Positions 21,099-30,097 of a stretch of 64,000 nucleotides of DNA are shown here, one piece after another (positions within the stretch are counted from its first letter, which is position 1; each line of letters starts with the position of its first letter). The stretch spans positions 2,628,720 through 2,692,719 of the forward strand of contig OY829953.1 of assembly GCA_963692525.1 (NCBI GenBank), given 5' to 3'. A program made the position numbers and the translations under genes. The notes below the pieces were generated by a model. That model did not search any database. It saw only the letters and a list, made by a program, of their open reading frames with translations, and had not been told where the DNA came from. The stretch is from Opitutales bacterium. Its GTDB lineage: Bacteria; Verrucomicrobiota; Verrucomicrobiia; Opitutales; PNEW01.

Positions 21099-22085
21099 AT
21101 GGCTAATGAGGATTTAATACATACGCTTCGTGGTGCAGGAGCGGTTCGCTTCCTGCACAGGATCATTCCCTTAGGGCGCAAATATCATCCGCTATTAGCC
21201 TTGTTAAACAAGCGGCAGGGATTAATAGCCGTTCCCTTTGACAAGTCCTATGTGATTACACCGGCATTGTGGCGAAAACAAATGGCTAATTATTTAACAA
21301 GCGGTGCAGATTTTATACCCGAAATAAAACTGATTGAACCTCTGTGTCGAAAACTGGAAAAAGGGGTAATTCTCGATGTTGGCGCAAATACGGGGCTCTA
21401 CGTATTATTATTACGGTCATACTCAAGTCACCCTATTATCGCTTATGAACCGGATCCTTTTCTATTCAAACTTTTGAATCAAACGATCAAGTATAATGGC
21501 CTTGAAAATATAACGACTAAAAATTTCGCCTGTGCCAATGCACGCAGTGAATTGAGTTTTGCGATGGGAATAAACAGTTCAGTAATTGCAGAAGGTGTGA
21601 GCGAGATAACTCCGGCTGCTTACCCTGTGAGTGAAAATAACTGGGATCGAGAAGCCTTAGTCTCGCAGGCAGGTGATGCCGTTATTAAGGTGCCGACCGT
21701 AATTCTGGATGAAGATCTGGTGGATCTGCCCTCGATCTCGCTGATAAAAATAGATTGTGAAGGTTACGAGTACCATATTTTAAAAGGGGCAAGAAAGTTA
21801 ATTGAACGGCACCACCCGTTTATTTTTTTAGAGCTTCATCCAACGATGCTCAAAAATTTTCAGCATACCCCTGAGGAGGTCATCAATTTTTTAAAGCCTT
21901 ATTACGATTTGCAATATTGGTGTTATCAACACCACTGGCCGACCACTAAAATGGGAAGAAGTATTGAGAAATTTAAAAGATCAAAAGCCTACCAATATAA
22001 TGATGAAAGTGAAATGTTAGCTGATATAAACGCCAATCCTGGAATCTCACAGGTTTACCTCGTGGCGAGCCCTAAAGGGAAATGA
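21099..22085 (+). CDS. FkbM-family methyltransferase (second copy)
   Basis: 328 aa. LDVGANTGLY...AYEPDP...LIKIDCEGYEYHIL. Confidence 0.75.
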   Translation: MANEDLIHTLRGAGAVRFLHRIIPLGRKYHPLLALLNKRQGLIAVPFDKSYVITPALWRKQMANYLTSGADFIPEIKLIEPLCRKLEKGVILDVGANTGLYVLLLRSYSSHPIIAYEPDPFLFKLLNQTIKYNGLENITTKNFACANARSELSFAMGINSSVIAEGVSEITPAAYPVSENNWDREALVSQAGDAVIKVPTVILDEDLVDLPSISLIKIDCEGYEYHILKGARKLIERHHPFIFLELHPTMLKNFQHTPEEVINFLKPYYDLQYWCYQHHWPTTKMGRSIEKFKRSKAYQYNDESEMLADINANPGISQVYLVASPKGK

Positions 22086-22132
22086 ATGGATATTGAGGAT
22101 TATAGTCTTTAAATAATCTATCCCTTACCCAG

Positions 22133-23152
22133 CTATTTCAAATCGTGGAGGAAATCTGAAATATCAGCTTTAGCTCTCTCAACTGTAATAGCGGTCATAT
22201 AATCATTGCTTTCAAAAGTTTTAAAAGCTTGATCCAGGTTTCTATCGGGCATCGCGATAATTTTATTTTTTACTTTCCATGGGCCGTAGACTCGATCATT
22301 GGACATACCATAAAATGCAACCGTAGGGCAACCGCAAGCTGCAGATAAATGGGTGGTGACCGTATCGACACCGACGTATAATTTAGCGCGGTATAAGAGA
22401 TAGGCCAATTCAGCGAAAGACATCCCCTCTTCGGAGTAGATACATTGCTCACCCGTCTTTTCCTGTAATAATTTTGCCTGTTCTATTTCCGTTGGGCTAC
22501 GACCCGTACTGATGACGATAGTGTCAAAGATCTCTAGAAGCCAAAGTGAAAGTTCGGCCCAATTCTCCAATGGCCATTCCTTGCTTTTCCAACGGGTTGC
22601 CAAGCGAATTACCACAAAATTATTATTTATAATTTTTTCGAATACCGGTGTTGCCTTTTCTCTCGAGTACTGGAGTTTTGGCGGCGAATCGGGAAGGGGA
22701 AAATATTTTTTTACGATCCGGTAGTCTTTTTCAACGGTGTGCGTCAGCGTTTGATTAAACATCAGTATTTCATCAAAAATCAATTTCCACAGTGAGTTTA
22801 GATTGGTATTCGTTCCGTCGGCTACCTTGGTTTTCCCCTTGAGAAATGAAGTTAACCAGCGTGCTCTGCTCTTGTCCGTCAGCTCAAAAATATAATCAAA
22901 AGTGTATCTTCTCAATTCTTTGATAATACTGAGGTCAATTAGAAATGTTTTTATGTTTCGGTTTTCATATTCAATAGGCGTGTAGGGAATCACGCGATTG
23001 ATACAGTCACAACCCTCGAGTATTGCTTCCGAACCTTTCCTCACGACGACAAATATTTCAGCATCCGGAAGGATCTCTTTTACCGCCGATAATGTCGGTG
23101 TCATAAGGAGGGAATCTCCTATATGAAGTAGCTTGATAAATAATAATCTCAT
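22133..23152 (-). CDS. Family 9 glycosyltransferase (heptosyltransferase-like)
   Basis: 339 aa. N-terminal RLLFIKLLHIGDSLLMTP and C-terminal YVGVDTVTTHLSAACGCPTVAFYG are typical GT9 motifs. Confidence 0.8.
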   Translation of the reverse strand: MRLLFIKLLHIGDSLLMTPTLSAVKEILPDAEIFVVVRKGSEAILEGCDCINRVIPYTPIEYENRNIKTFLIDLSIIKELRRYTFDYIFELTDKSRARWLTSFLKGKTKVADGTNTNLNSLWKLIFDEILMFNQTLTHTVEKDYRIVKKYFPLPDSPPKLQYSREKATPVFEKIINNNFVVIRLATRWKSKEWPLENWAELSLWLLEIFDTIVISTGRSPTEIEQAKLLQEKTGEQCIYSEEGMSFAELAYLLYRAKLYVGVDTVTTHLSAACGCPTVAFYGMSNDRVYGPWKVKNKIIAMPDRNLDQAFKTFESNDYMTAITVERAKADISDFLHDLK

Positions 23153-23287
23153 TCTCCTTTTCTTTGACTTTTAAAATACTGAATACATTCGGTAAATGTA
23201 AACGGGTAAGTTAACGAGTTGAGCTTCTACCATTTTCTCCTTCAATTGTCTTGTGATATTATTGAATCTCACTACTCTACAGAAAAG

Positions 23288-25114
23288 ATGAAATCATTCC
23301 TAATTAAAGTATTTAGTAATCTTGCTGCAATGTTTGTAGCCTTGGGATTGTTCGCCGTTTTTTGGGTGATGCTTATTGTAATCATCGCTTTATTCTTCGA
23401 CGAGAGAGCAGTACCGATAAAAGAGAATTCGGTATTGGCCTTTGATCTATCAGTTAATATCATGGATTCCCCGCGCAACATCACGGTGTTTGATCTAATT
23501 GAAGATACAATCGATGGGCCAACCCCTCAGGTCTTATATTTGAAGTCGGTAATTGATGGTATTGATAGAGCAGCGGAAGATGATCGTATCTCGGCGCTAT
23601 ATCTTCATGGCAGTCTGCGGCCTGAAAATAACGGCGCCAGCTTTGCGGCATTAAGAGAAATACGTGACGCCATTAAGCGTTTTAGGAAAACGAATAAGCC
23701 GGTAGTCGGATACCTTGTTAATTCGTCTGTTCGAGATTATTATTTAGTATCCGCCGCTGATACGGTCATCCACAACCCTTTTGGGCTTGTTAATTTAAAT
23801 GGCCTTTCAGCGACGCTGATCTTTTTTGGCAATGCATTTCAAAAATACGGTATTGAGGTGCAAACATCTCGGGTTGGTAAGTATAAGTCAGCGGTAGATG
23901 TTTTTACCAGTGATGGGATGAGCTTGGAAGACCGTTATCAAACAAAAGAATTAATCGAAAGTTTATGGAATAACATCCTCGTCGACATTGGTGATATTCG
24001 CAATATTGCCCCTGACACGCTTGCAGAGTATTCAACTAACTATGTTTATTTCTCTTCTCAAGAGGCACTTGAATTGGGGTTGGTCGATGAATCCGCTTAT
24101 TTTGATGAGGTGCGTGAAAAACTCATTGATATTGGTGAATTTGATGAAGATTTAGAAAGTTTCAGACAAATTTCATTTACTGATTATCTCGCGGAAGACC
24201 GGCAGCTTTCAGTTGAAGCGTTGGGTATTGCCGGAGATGGCCAACCTAAAATTGCTGTTGTCTATGCCGAAGGCATGATCGTGAATGGGGAGGGGAATTT
24301 TGACCAGGTCGGTGGTGACCGTGTCTCTCGTGAATTACGAAAATTAAGACACGACGATGATGTTAAGGCGATCGTTTTACGCGTAAATAGCCCCGGTGGC
24401 AGCGCTGTTGCGGCCGAAATAGTACTGCGTGAATTACAATTAATTAAAAATGAAAAACCTGTCGTTGTCTCGATGGGATCTTTAGCGGCTTCAGGGGGCT
24501 ATTGGATTGCCGCAAACGCGGATACAATCATTGCAGAAGCGACGACAATAACCGGATCAATTGGGGTTTTTAGTATTTTTCCCAATATTAAAGAAATCGC
24601 TAATCGAACAGGCATAACGTTTGATGGGGTTAAAACTTCAAAGTATGCGGACATATTTACGATCGCCCGGTCCAAAACGGATGATGAATTGGAATTACTG
24701 CAAAAGCATACCGATTTTATTTATGATGCCTTCATTGAGCGTGTAGCGGAAGGACGTAATTTAAGTGTCGACGAGGTAAAAGCTATTGCCGAGGGGCGGA
24801 TCTGGTCTGGCACCGAAGCCTTGGAAGTTGGGCTTGTCGATAAATTGGGAGGGTTGGATGACGCCATTGAACATGCTGTTGATATCGCCGGTATAAAAGG
24901 TGATTGGCAGCTGATCCAGGTTCCTGAAGAGACAGATACCACAGCGTTTATCGGAAAAATTCTCGGCGGGGCTCCTAAGAATGAACCACTGGGCAGTGAA
25001 GGTTCTATTTCCCAAAAACTGCGACAAATGCAACGCGAACTTTCCTGGTTAAATGTACTCAATGATCCTAATGGTGTATATGCACTCATGCCGCTTAACT
25101 TTAAATTTAATTAA
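23288..25114 (+). CDS. sppA: Signal peptide peptidase SppA, 67K type
   Basis: Two tandem ClpP/crotonase-like halves, second-half motif VVSMGSLAASGGYWIA. Start moved to ATG 23288 (MKSFLIKVF..., TM anchor). Confidence 0.85.
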   Translation: MKSFLIKVFSNLAAMFVALGLFAVFWVMLIVIIALFFDERAVPIKENSVLAFDLSVNIMDSPRNITVFDLIEDTIDGPTPQVLYLKSVIDGIDRAAEDDRISALYLHGSLRPENNGASFAALREIRDAIKRFRKTNKPVVGYLVNSSVRDYYLVSAADTVIHNPFGLVNLNGLSATLIFFGNAFQKYGIEVQTSRVGKYKSAVDVFTSDGMSLEDRYQTKELIESLWNNILVDIGDIRNIAPDTLAEYSTNYVYFSSQEALELGLVDESAYFDEVREKLIDIGEFDEDLESFRQISFTDYLAEDRQLSVEALGIAGDGQPKIAVVYAEGMIVNGEGNFDQVGGDRVSRELRKLRHDDDVKAIVLRVNSPGGSAVAAEIVLRELQLIKNEKPVVVSMGSLAASGGYWIAANADTIIAEATTITGSIGVFSIFPNIKEIANRTGITFDGVKTSKYADIFTIARSKTDDELELLQKHTDFIYDAFIERVAEGRNLSVDEVKAIAEGRIWSGTEALEVGLVDKLGGLDDAIEHAVDIAGIKGDWQLIQVPEETDTTAFIGKILGGAPKNEPLGSEGSISQKLRQMQRELSWLNVLNDPNGVYALMPLNFKFN

Positions 25115-25193
25115 GTAATTACTTGCGTTGAGCTTTCTTCTCTATTCCAGACATTGACAAAATTTGCTTTGTGGAAGATATTGTTTATTGATT

Positions 25194-25748
25194 ATGGAAA
25201 ATTTGGAAGTCACATTAAATAGGGATTGTAAAGCTACGCTGATTCCCGCGGGTCATGAAGTTCTTCTCACTGAAGGGACCACGGTCCACATTGCGCAGAC
25301 TCTTGGCGGCAATCTTACGGTGCGCAATGATATGGGGATGTATCGAATAGGAAGCGCTGACCTCGACGCGCTTGGAGACGAGTTTGCCGAGCAATTTAAT
25401 TCCCAAAAAGTCACGAACGACGTCTCCGATAGAAGCTTCAGTGAGGACTCAATATGGGAGGCTTTAAAAACCTGTTACGATCCTGAAATACCGGTTAATA
25501 TAGTAGATCTGGGATTAATATATGATCTCTCCACTGAGGCATTGGCTAGCGGTAGTAGCAGCGTTAAAGTCAAGATGACGTTGACCGCACAGGGTTGTGG
25601 TATGGGGCCGGCGATCGCCGCCGACGCTAAAGATAAAATCGAAGCTATACCTGAGGTTGAGTCGGCCGAGGTAGAGATTGTTTGGGATCCGCAATGGACA
25701 CCCCACATGATTTCCGAAGAAGGGCGCAAGCTACTCGGCCTTGATTAA
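25194..25748 (+). CDS. sufT: Fe-S cluster assembly protein SufT (DUF59/MIP18 family)
   Basis: C-terminal YDPEIPVNIVDLGLIYD...MTLTAQGCGMG...VEIVWDPQWTP is the DUF59 signature. Start at ATG 25194 (the track uses an upstream TTG). Confidence 0.75.
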   Translation: MENLEVTLNRDCKATLIPAGHEVLLTEGTTVHIAQTLGGNLTVRNDMGMYRIGSADLDALGDEFAEQFNSQKVTNDVSDRSFSEDSIWEALKTCYDPEIPVNIVDLGLIYDLSTEALASGSSSVKVKMTLTAQGCGMGPAIAADAKDKIEAIPEVESAEVEIVWDPQWTPHMISEEGRKLLGLD

Positions 25749-25761
25749 ACAAAGATAAAAT

Positions 25762-26700
25762 ATGGAAATGGAGGCACAAACGAGTCCTCCCCAGCCGGAG
25801 TTACAGAAAATCCAGCGCTTTATCGATTACCTTGCCCTGGAGCGTCGCCTTTCCGACTATACGGTCCGTAATTACCGAACAGCTCTGCTGAATTTTTTTT
25901 CCTGGAATCGGGATGTCGGTCACTGGTCCGGAGACATAACGAAAATTTCGGGCCGCGAAATTCGCGATTACCTCATAGAAAGTCAGCGGCGTGTTTCAAG
26001 GCGAACGCTCCATAATTATGTTTCAGGTTTAAGGTCTTTCTACAATTATTGGTTGAAGCACGGTGGGGTTAAAATCAATCCATTCGAGGGAATTACCTTG
26101 CCCAAATTGAATAAACCTCTGCCAAAATTTTTAACTGAAAATCAAATAACGCAGTTAATCTCCGGCCCCATGCGTCTTCTCGATAACGAGAGCCTATCAC
26201 CTTTTCAAGCCTGGCGGGACAGACTTATTCTTGAGATACTATACGGTGGAGGATTAAGGGTAAGCGAATTGGTCAGTTTGAATTATGGCATGGTAGACCT
26301 CAGCAACGGTGTTGCCCGTATCTTGGGTAAAGGAAATAAAGAAAGACTCTGTCCGCTGGGAAAGGTGGCTACTGCCTGTCTCAATAAATTTCGCGCTGAA
26401 TTCGCTTCTCAAACGGGTTATGACGATCCTGTCGTGGTTAATGATCGATTAAAAAGAATAAGTGCAAGATCCGTTCAACTGATGTTAAAAAAATATTTAG
26501 CTTTAGCTGATTTACCGCTTGATATGTCTCCCCACAAGATAAGGCATTCTTATGCGACTCATTTACTTAATAATGGTGCGGATTTAAGGTTAGTTCAGGA
26601 ATTACTGGGGCATGCCAGTCTCTCAACCACTCAGATATATACGCACGTAGATTTTGCTCGACTCAAAGAAGCTCATCGCAATGCCCATCCCCGGTCGTAG
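25762..26700 (+). CDS. Tyrosine recombinase, XerC/XerD type
   Basis: 312 aa with an N-terminal SAM-like core-binding domain. Catalytic residues in GLRVSEL, HKIRHSYATHLL and LGHASLSTTQIYTHV. Confidence 0.85.
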   Translation: MEMEAQTSPPQPELQKIQRFIDYLALERRLSDYTVRNYRTALLNFFSWNRDVGHWSGDITKISGREIRDYLIESQRRVSRRTLHNYVSGLRSFYNYWLKHGGVKINPFEGITLPKLNKPLPKFLTENQITQLISGPMRLLDNESLSPFQAWRDRLILEILYGGGLRVSELVSLNYGMVDLSNGVARILGKGNKERLCPLGKVATACLNKFRAEFASQTGYDDPVVVNDRLKRISARSVQLMLKKYLALADLPLDMSPHKIRHSYATHLLNNGADLRLVQELLGHASLSTTQIYTHVDFARLKEAHRNAHPRS

Positions 26701-26702
26701 GA

Positions 26703-26723
26703 GGGGGGGGGGGGGGGGGGGGG
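26703..26723. repeat. Homopolymer tract G21 (C21 on the other strand), starting 3 nt after the recombinase stop codon
   Basis: Counted directly: 21 consecutive G between GA and AAGTG. Confidence 0.9.
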
Positions 26724-26725
26724 AA

Positions 26726-26788
26726 GTGAAAAGTGAAAAGTGAAAAGTGAAAAGTGAAAAGTGAAAAGTGAACAGTGAACAGTGAACA
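26726..26788 (+). repeat. Tandem heptamer array: 6 x GTGAAAA + 3 x GTGAACA
   Basis: Read directly; nine perfect in-phase units, ending ...GTGAACAGAT. Confidence 0.95.
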
Positions 26789-26813
26789 GATGCGGCTCGC
26801 GGCTATACTATCA

Positions 26814-27869
26814 CTAATTAATCGAAGCATAGAGATCTGATTTTTCTGGTTGCAGAACGAGGGTGTGTGAATTTTCTAAGAGGGAAACCTTTTTCTTCAA
26901 TCCATAAGAGAGGGGAAGCTGGGCGACACCAATTAACCGACGCATGATTTCTGCGCCCGTGATCTTTAGTGTTTTAACGAGGGAAATATCTACTGAAGAT
27001 CTATACTGGTGGACGAATTGGGTGATTAATTCATCGTTTTGTTGAGCGAGAATAAAGTGGGCAAGCGTTACACCGATTTCGTATTCGGGTCCTCCAAAAA
27101 AGGAAAACTCGGGATCGATGATCATTATCCCTCCACGGGTTTTCAACCAGCTTCCGGGAAAAAAATCTCCGTGCAGTAGTGTGGGGCCGTCTTCCAGATA
27201 AAATTGGCCAAGTTCTTCCACCGCTTCGATATACTCTGTATCATTAATTAGTTGATTTGCCGCTTCACTGAGACCATCGGTGATGCCATTGAGATCCAAA
27301 CCATTATTGCGAACGAGGGGGTAGTGAAAGATATGTTCGTGATTAAGTTCACGCATATCACGATTTGTCAGACTATTTCGACTGGTTTCATCAAATGAAA
27401 TCGAATGAAGAGCACTCAACCAGCTGGATAAAGCATCAATATTATCAGGGGTCAATTGCACTCCTTGATAGAGATCAGTAAAGTCCCGAGCCTCACCTAA
27501 ATCTTCAATTGCTATGACGCGGGAAATCGGATCGAGGTCGTAAAATTCAGGTGTGAGATTGGCAACTTGCGGGTGATCTTTTATCAACTCATAAAAACGC
27601 GCTTCACGCATGACACGATCCCATGGCGCTTCAATGTCCGGATATTTTTCTACCCAGGGTCGTGATTGTTTTAAAATAATCGTGCGTAGGTTAGTACGAA
27701 CACGCATCGTGAAGTTCATGTTACCTTCTCCGGCCTTTTCGGTTTTCACAACGCTATCGTTCGCTTCGAGTATACCGCGGTTACGCAAGTAAATGTTTAG
27801 AGCATCACGATCATCATAGGAGAGAAGGGTGATTTCTGGATACGTTTGAATCAGTTCATCTTTGTTCAT
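26814..27869 (-). CDS. Phosphotransferase (APH / methylthioribose-kinase-like) family protein
   Basis: 351 aa with the nucleotide-binding GEGNMNFTMRV and the catalytic-loop-like LLHGDFFPGSW. Confidence 0.65.
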   Translation of the reverse strand: MNKDELIQTYPEITLLSYDDRDALNIYLRNRGILEANDSVVKTEKAGEGNMNFTMRVRTNLRTIILKQSRPWVEKYPDIEAPWDRVMREARFYELIKDHPQVANLTPEFYDLDPISRVIAIEDLGEARDFTDLYQGVQLTPDNIDALSSWLSALHSISFDETSRNSLTNRDMRELNHEHIFHYPLVRNNGLDLNGITDGLSEAANQLINDTEYIEAVEELGQFYLEDGPTLLHGDFFPGSWLKTRGGIMIIDPEFSFFGGPEYEIGVTLAHFILAQQNDELITQFVHQYRSSVDISLVKTLKITGAEIMRRLIGVAQLPLSYGLKKKVSLLENSHTLVLQPEKSDLYASIN

Positions 27870-27991
27870 TGCGCAAAGGGCCGTGATGAATTACAAAATG
27901 TAAATGACAATGCAAATTTTTAATAAAAAGATTGAGATGTTAAAAATAAACGTAAACCTTTGAATGCAGATAATATTGATAGATTCATTGC

Positions 27992-29176
27992 ATGAATATA
28001 CATGAATATCAGGCCAAGGCATTATTTGAAGCCTATAACATCCCGGTAACGAGGGGCGCGGCCATTCATATGCCGGAGGAAATTCTTGGGGCACTTGACC
28101 GTATATCCAGTGACAAATATGTCGTAAAAGCTCAGGTACATGCAGGTGGTCGCGGAAAAGGAACGTTCGTTGACGGTTTAAAAGGGGGAGTAAAACTTGC
28201 TGAATCTAAAGAAGAAGCGGACGAGCTCGCGCGAAAAATGTTGGGCAATACCCTTGTCACTCACCAAACTGGTCCCGAGGGTCGCAAAGTTAATACGGTC
28301 TACTTTTCTGAAGCGATAGCGATTGAAAAGGAATATTACCTTGCCATTCTCCTCGATCGTGCAAGTTCACAGCCCGTTATTGTCGCATCCACCGAGGGAG
28401 GTGTGGAGATAGAAAAAGTAGCTGAAGAAACACCCGAGAAAATAACCAAAGTATTTATTGACACCACCTTGGGGTTAAAACCATTTCAAGCCCGTCTCGT
28501 CGCGTATGGGCTTGGTTTTCAAGGTAAACAGGCATCTCAAATGGGCAAGATTGTCAGCGCCCTCTATCGACTTTTCTGTGAGAAAGACTGCTCGCTCGTT
28601 GAGATAAATCCACTTATCAGCACACCTGATGGCGACATAGTGGCTCTCGATGCCAAAGTTAGTTTTGATGACAACGCGCTTTTCAGACATCCCGACATTA
28701 CAGAAATGCGCGACTTGAATGAAGAGAATCCCAAAGAAGTAGAAGCTTCAAAGTATTCCTTAAATTATATAGCTCTCGATGGTAATATCGCCTGTATGGT
28801 TAACGGCGCCGGTCTCGCGATGGCGACGATGGATATCATAAAGCATTACGGAGGTAATCCTGCTAATTTTCTCGATGTCGGAGGAGGTGCGACTGCGGAA
28901 CAGGTCACCCAGGCTTTTAAAATTATTCTCAGTGATCCTAATGTTAAAGGCATACTCGTAAATATCTTTGGTGGTATTATGCAATGCGATGTTATTGCTG
29001 CGGGGATAATCGAAGCAGCTAATGCGGTTAAAATATCCGTGCCTCTCGTCGTGCGGTTGGAAGGAACCAATGTCGATGTGGGAAAAAAGTTACTCGAAGA
29101 CAGCGGTCTTGCAATAAACTCAGCCGATAGCCTGGGCGAAGCAGCACAAAATATAATCAAACTCGTTAATTCCTAA
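27992..29176 (+). CDS. sucC: Succinate--CoA ligase, beta subunit
   Basis: 394 aa, starting MNIHEYQAK..., ATP-grasp N-terminal half, GGIMQCD near the C-terminus. Confidence 0.95.
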   Translation: MNIHEYQAKALFEAYNIPVTRGAAIHMPEEILGALDRISSDKYVVKAQVHAGGRGKGTFVDGLKGGVKLAESKEEADELARKMLGNTLVTHQTGPEGRKVNTVYFSEAIAIEKEYYLAILLDRASSQPVIVASTEGGVEIEKVAEETPEKITKVFIDTTLGLKPFQARLVAYGLGFQGKQASQMGKIVSALYRLFCEKDCSLVEINPLISTPDGDIVALDAKVSFDDNALFRHPDITEMRDLNEENPKEVEASKYSLNYIALDGNIACMVNGAGLAMATMDIIKHYGGNPANFLDVGGGATAEQVTQAFKIILSDPNVKGILVNIFGGIMQCDVIAAGIIEAANAVKISVPLVVRLEGTNVDVGKKLLEDSGLAINSADSLGEAAQNIIKLVNS

Positions 29177-29200
29177 TTCCTAATTTTTAATTTATCAACC

Positions 29201-30076
29201 GTGAGCATTCTCGTTAACAAAGACACAAAGGTTATTGTTCAAGGAATAACCGGCAAAGCTGGAGCTTTTCATGCCCGGCAGTGCATGGAGTATGGCTCTA
29301 ATATTGTAGCGGGTGTTACCCCGGGTAAAGGGGGGCAGGTCTTTGAAGATGAAGTACCGATTTTTGATAGTGTAATTGATGCAGTCGATAAAACGGGTGC
29401 TAACGCAACCCTGGTATTTGTCCCACCCGCCTTTGCCAGTGATTCCATTTTAGAAGCTATAGACGCAGGTATCGAGCTCATCGTCGCTGTCACCGAGGGA
29501 ATTCCGGTGCGCGATATGACTGAAGTGAAGACTAAACTCGCGCGCTCCCAATCTCGCATGATCGGACCCAATTGCCCGGGTATCATTACACCTGGAGAAT
29601 GTAAAATGGGCATCATGCCAGGCTATATTCACAAGCCCGGTAAAGTTGGCGTTGTCTCGCGCTCGGGTACATTGACCTATGAAGCGGTGTGGCAACTTAC
29701 TACTCGCGGTCACGGGCAGAGCACTTGCATTGGTATTGGCGGAGACCCGGTGATCGGCACAACGCATACTGACGCGATTAAGCTTTTTAATGAAGATCCT
29801 GGGACTGACGCCATTATTATGATTGGTGAAATTGGCGGAGATGCAGAAGAAAACGCCGCTGCTTACATTAAAAACAACGTTAAAAAACCGGTTGCGGCAT
29901 TTATTGCCGGAACTACGGCACCGCCCGGTCGTCGCATGGGTCATGCGGGGGCCATTGTCTCAGGAGGGAAGGGCACCGCCGCGGCTAAAATTGAAGCGCT
30001 TGCGGATGCCGGTATTGCTATTTCACCTACTCCATCGGAAATTGCGGATACACTTTTTAAGATATATAATCCATGA
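29201..30076 (+). CDS. sucD: Succinate--CoA ligase, alpha subunit (GTG start)
   Basis: 291 aa. [18 protein letters not shown]...SRSGTLTYE...MGHAGAI (phosphohistidine loop). Confidence 0.95.
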   Translation: MSILVNKDTKVIVQGITGKAGAFHARQCMEYGSNIVAGVTPGKGGQVFEDEVPIFDSVIDAVDKTGANATLVFVPPAFASDSILEAIDAGIELIVAVTEGIPVRDMTEVKTKLARSQSRMIGPNCPGIITPGECKMGIMPGYIHKPGKVGVVSRSGTLTYEAVWQLTTRGHGQSTCIGIGGDPVIGTTHTDAIKLFNEDPGTDAIIMIGEIGGDAEENAAAYIKNNVKKPVAAFIAGTTAPPGRRMGHAGAIVSGGKGTAAAKIEALADAGIAISPTPSEIADTLFKIYNP

Positions 30077-30097
30077 TTCAGTCGGTCGGGACTGAAT
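30076..30097. terminator. Hairpin between the convergent sucD and uvrB stops (possible bidirectional terminator)
   Basis: ATTCAGTC-GGTCGG-GACTGAAT, an 8-bp stem sitting exactly between the two stop codons. There is no long U-tract, hence the low confidence. Confidence 0.35.

Noticed and set aside
25762-26700. Tyrosine recombinase considered as the integrase of a mobile element next to the G21 tract
   Set aside because: The full XerC/XerD-type architecture sits among housekeeping genes (sufT, sucCD). No att-like direct repeats, tRNA target or cargo genes were seen, so it was treated as the chromosomal dimer-resolution recombinase.
26726-26788. Heptamer arrays considered as a CRISPR array or a coding repeat
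   Set aside because: The units are 7 nt and contiguous with no spacers, and no cas genes are in the window, so this is not CRISPR. No ORF spans them except by the accident of stop-codon overlap.
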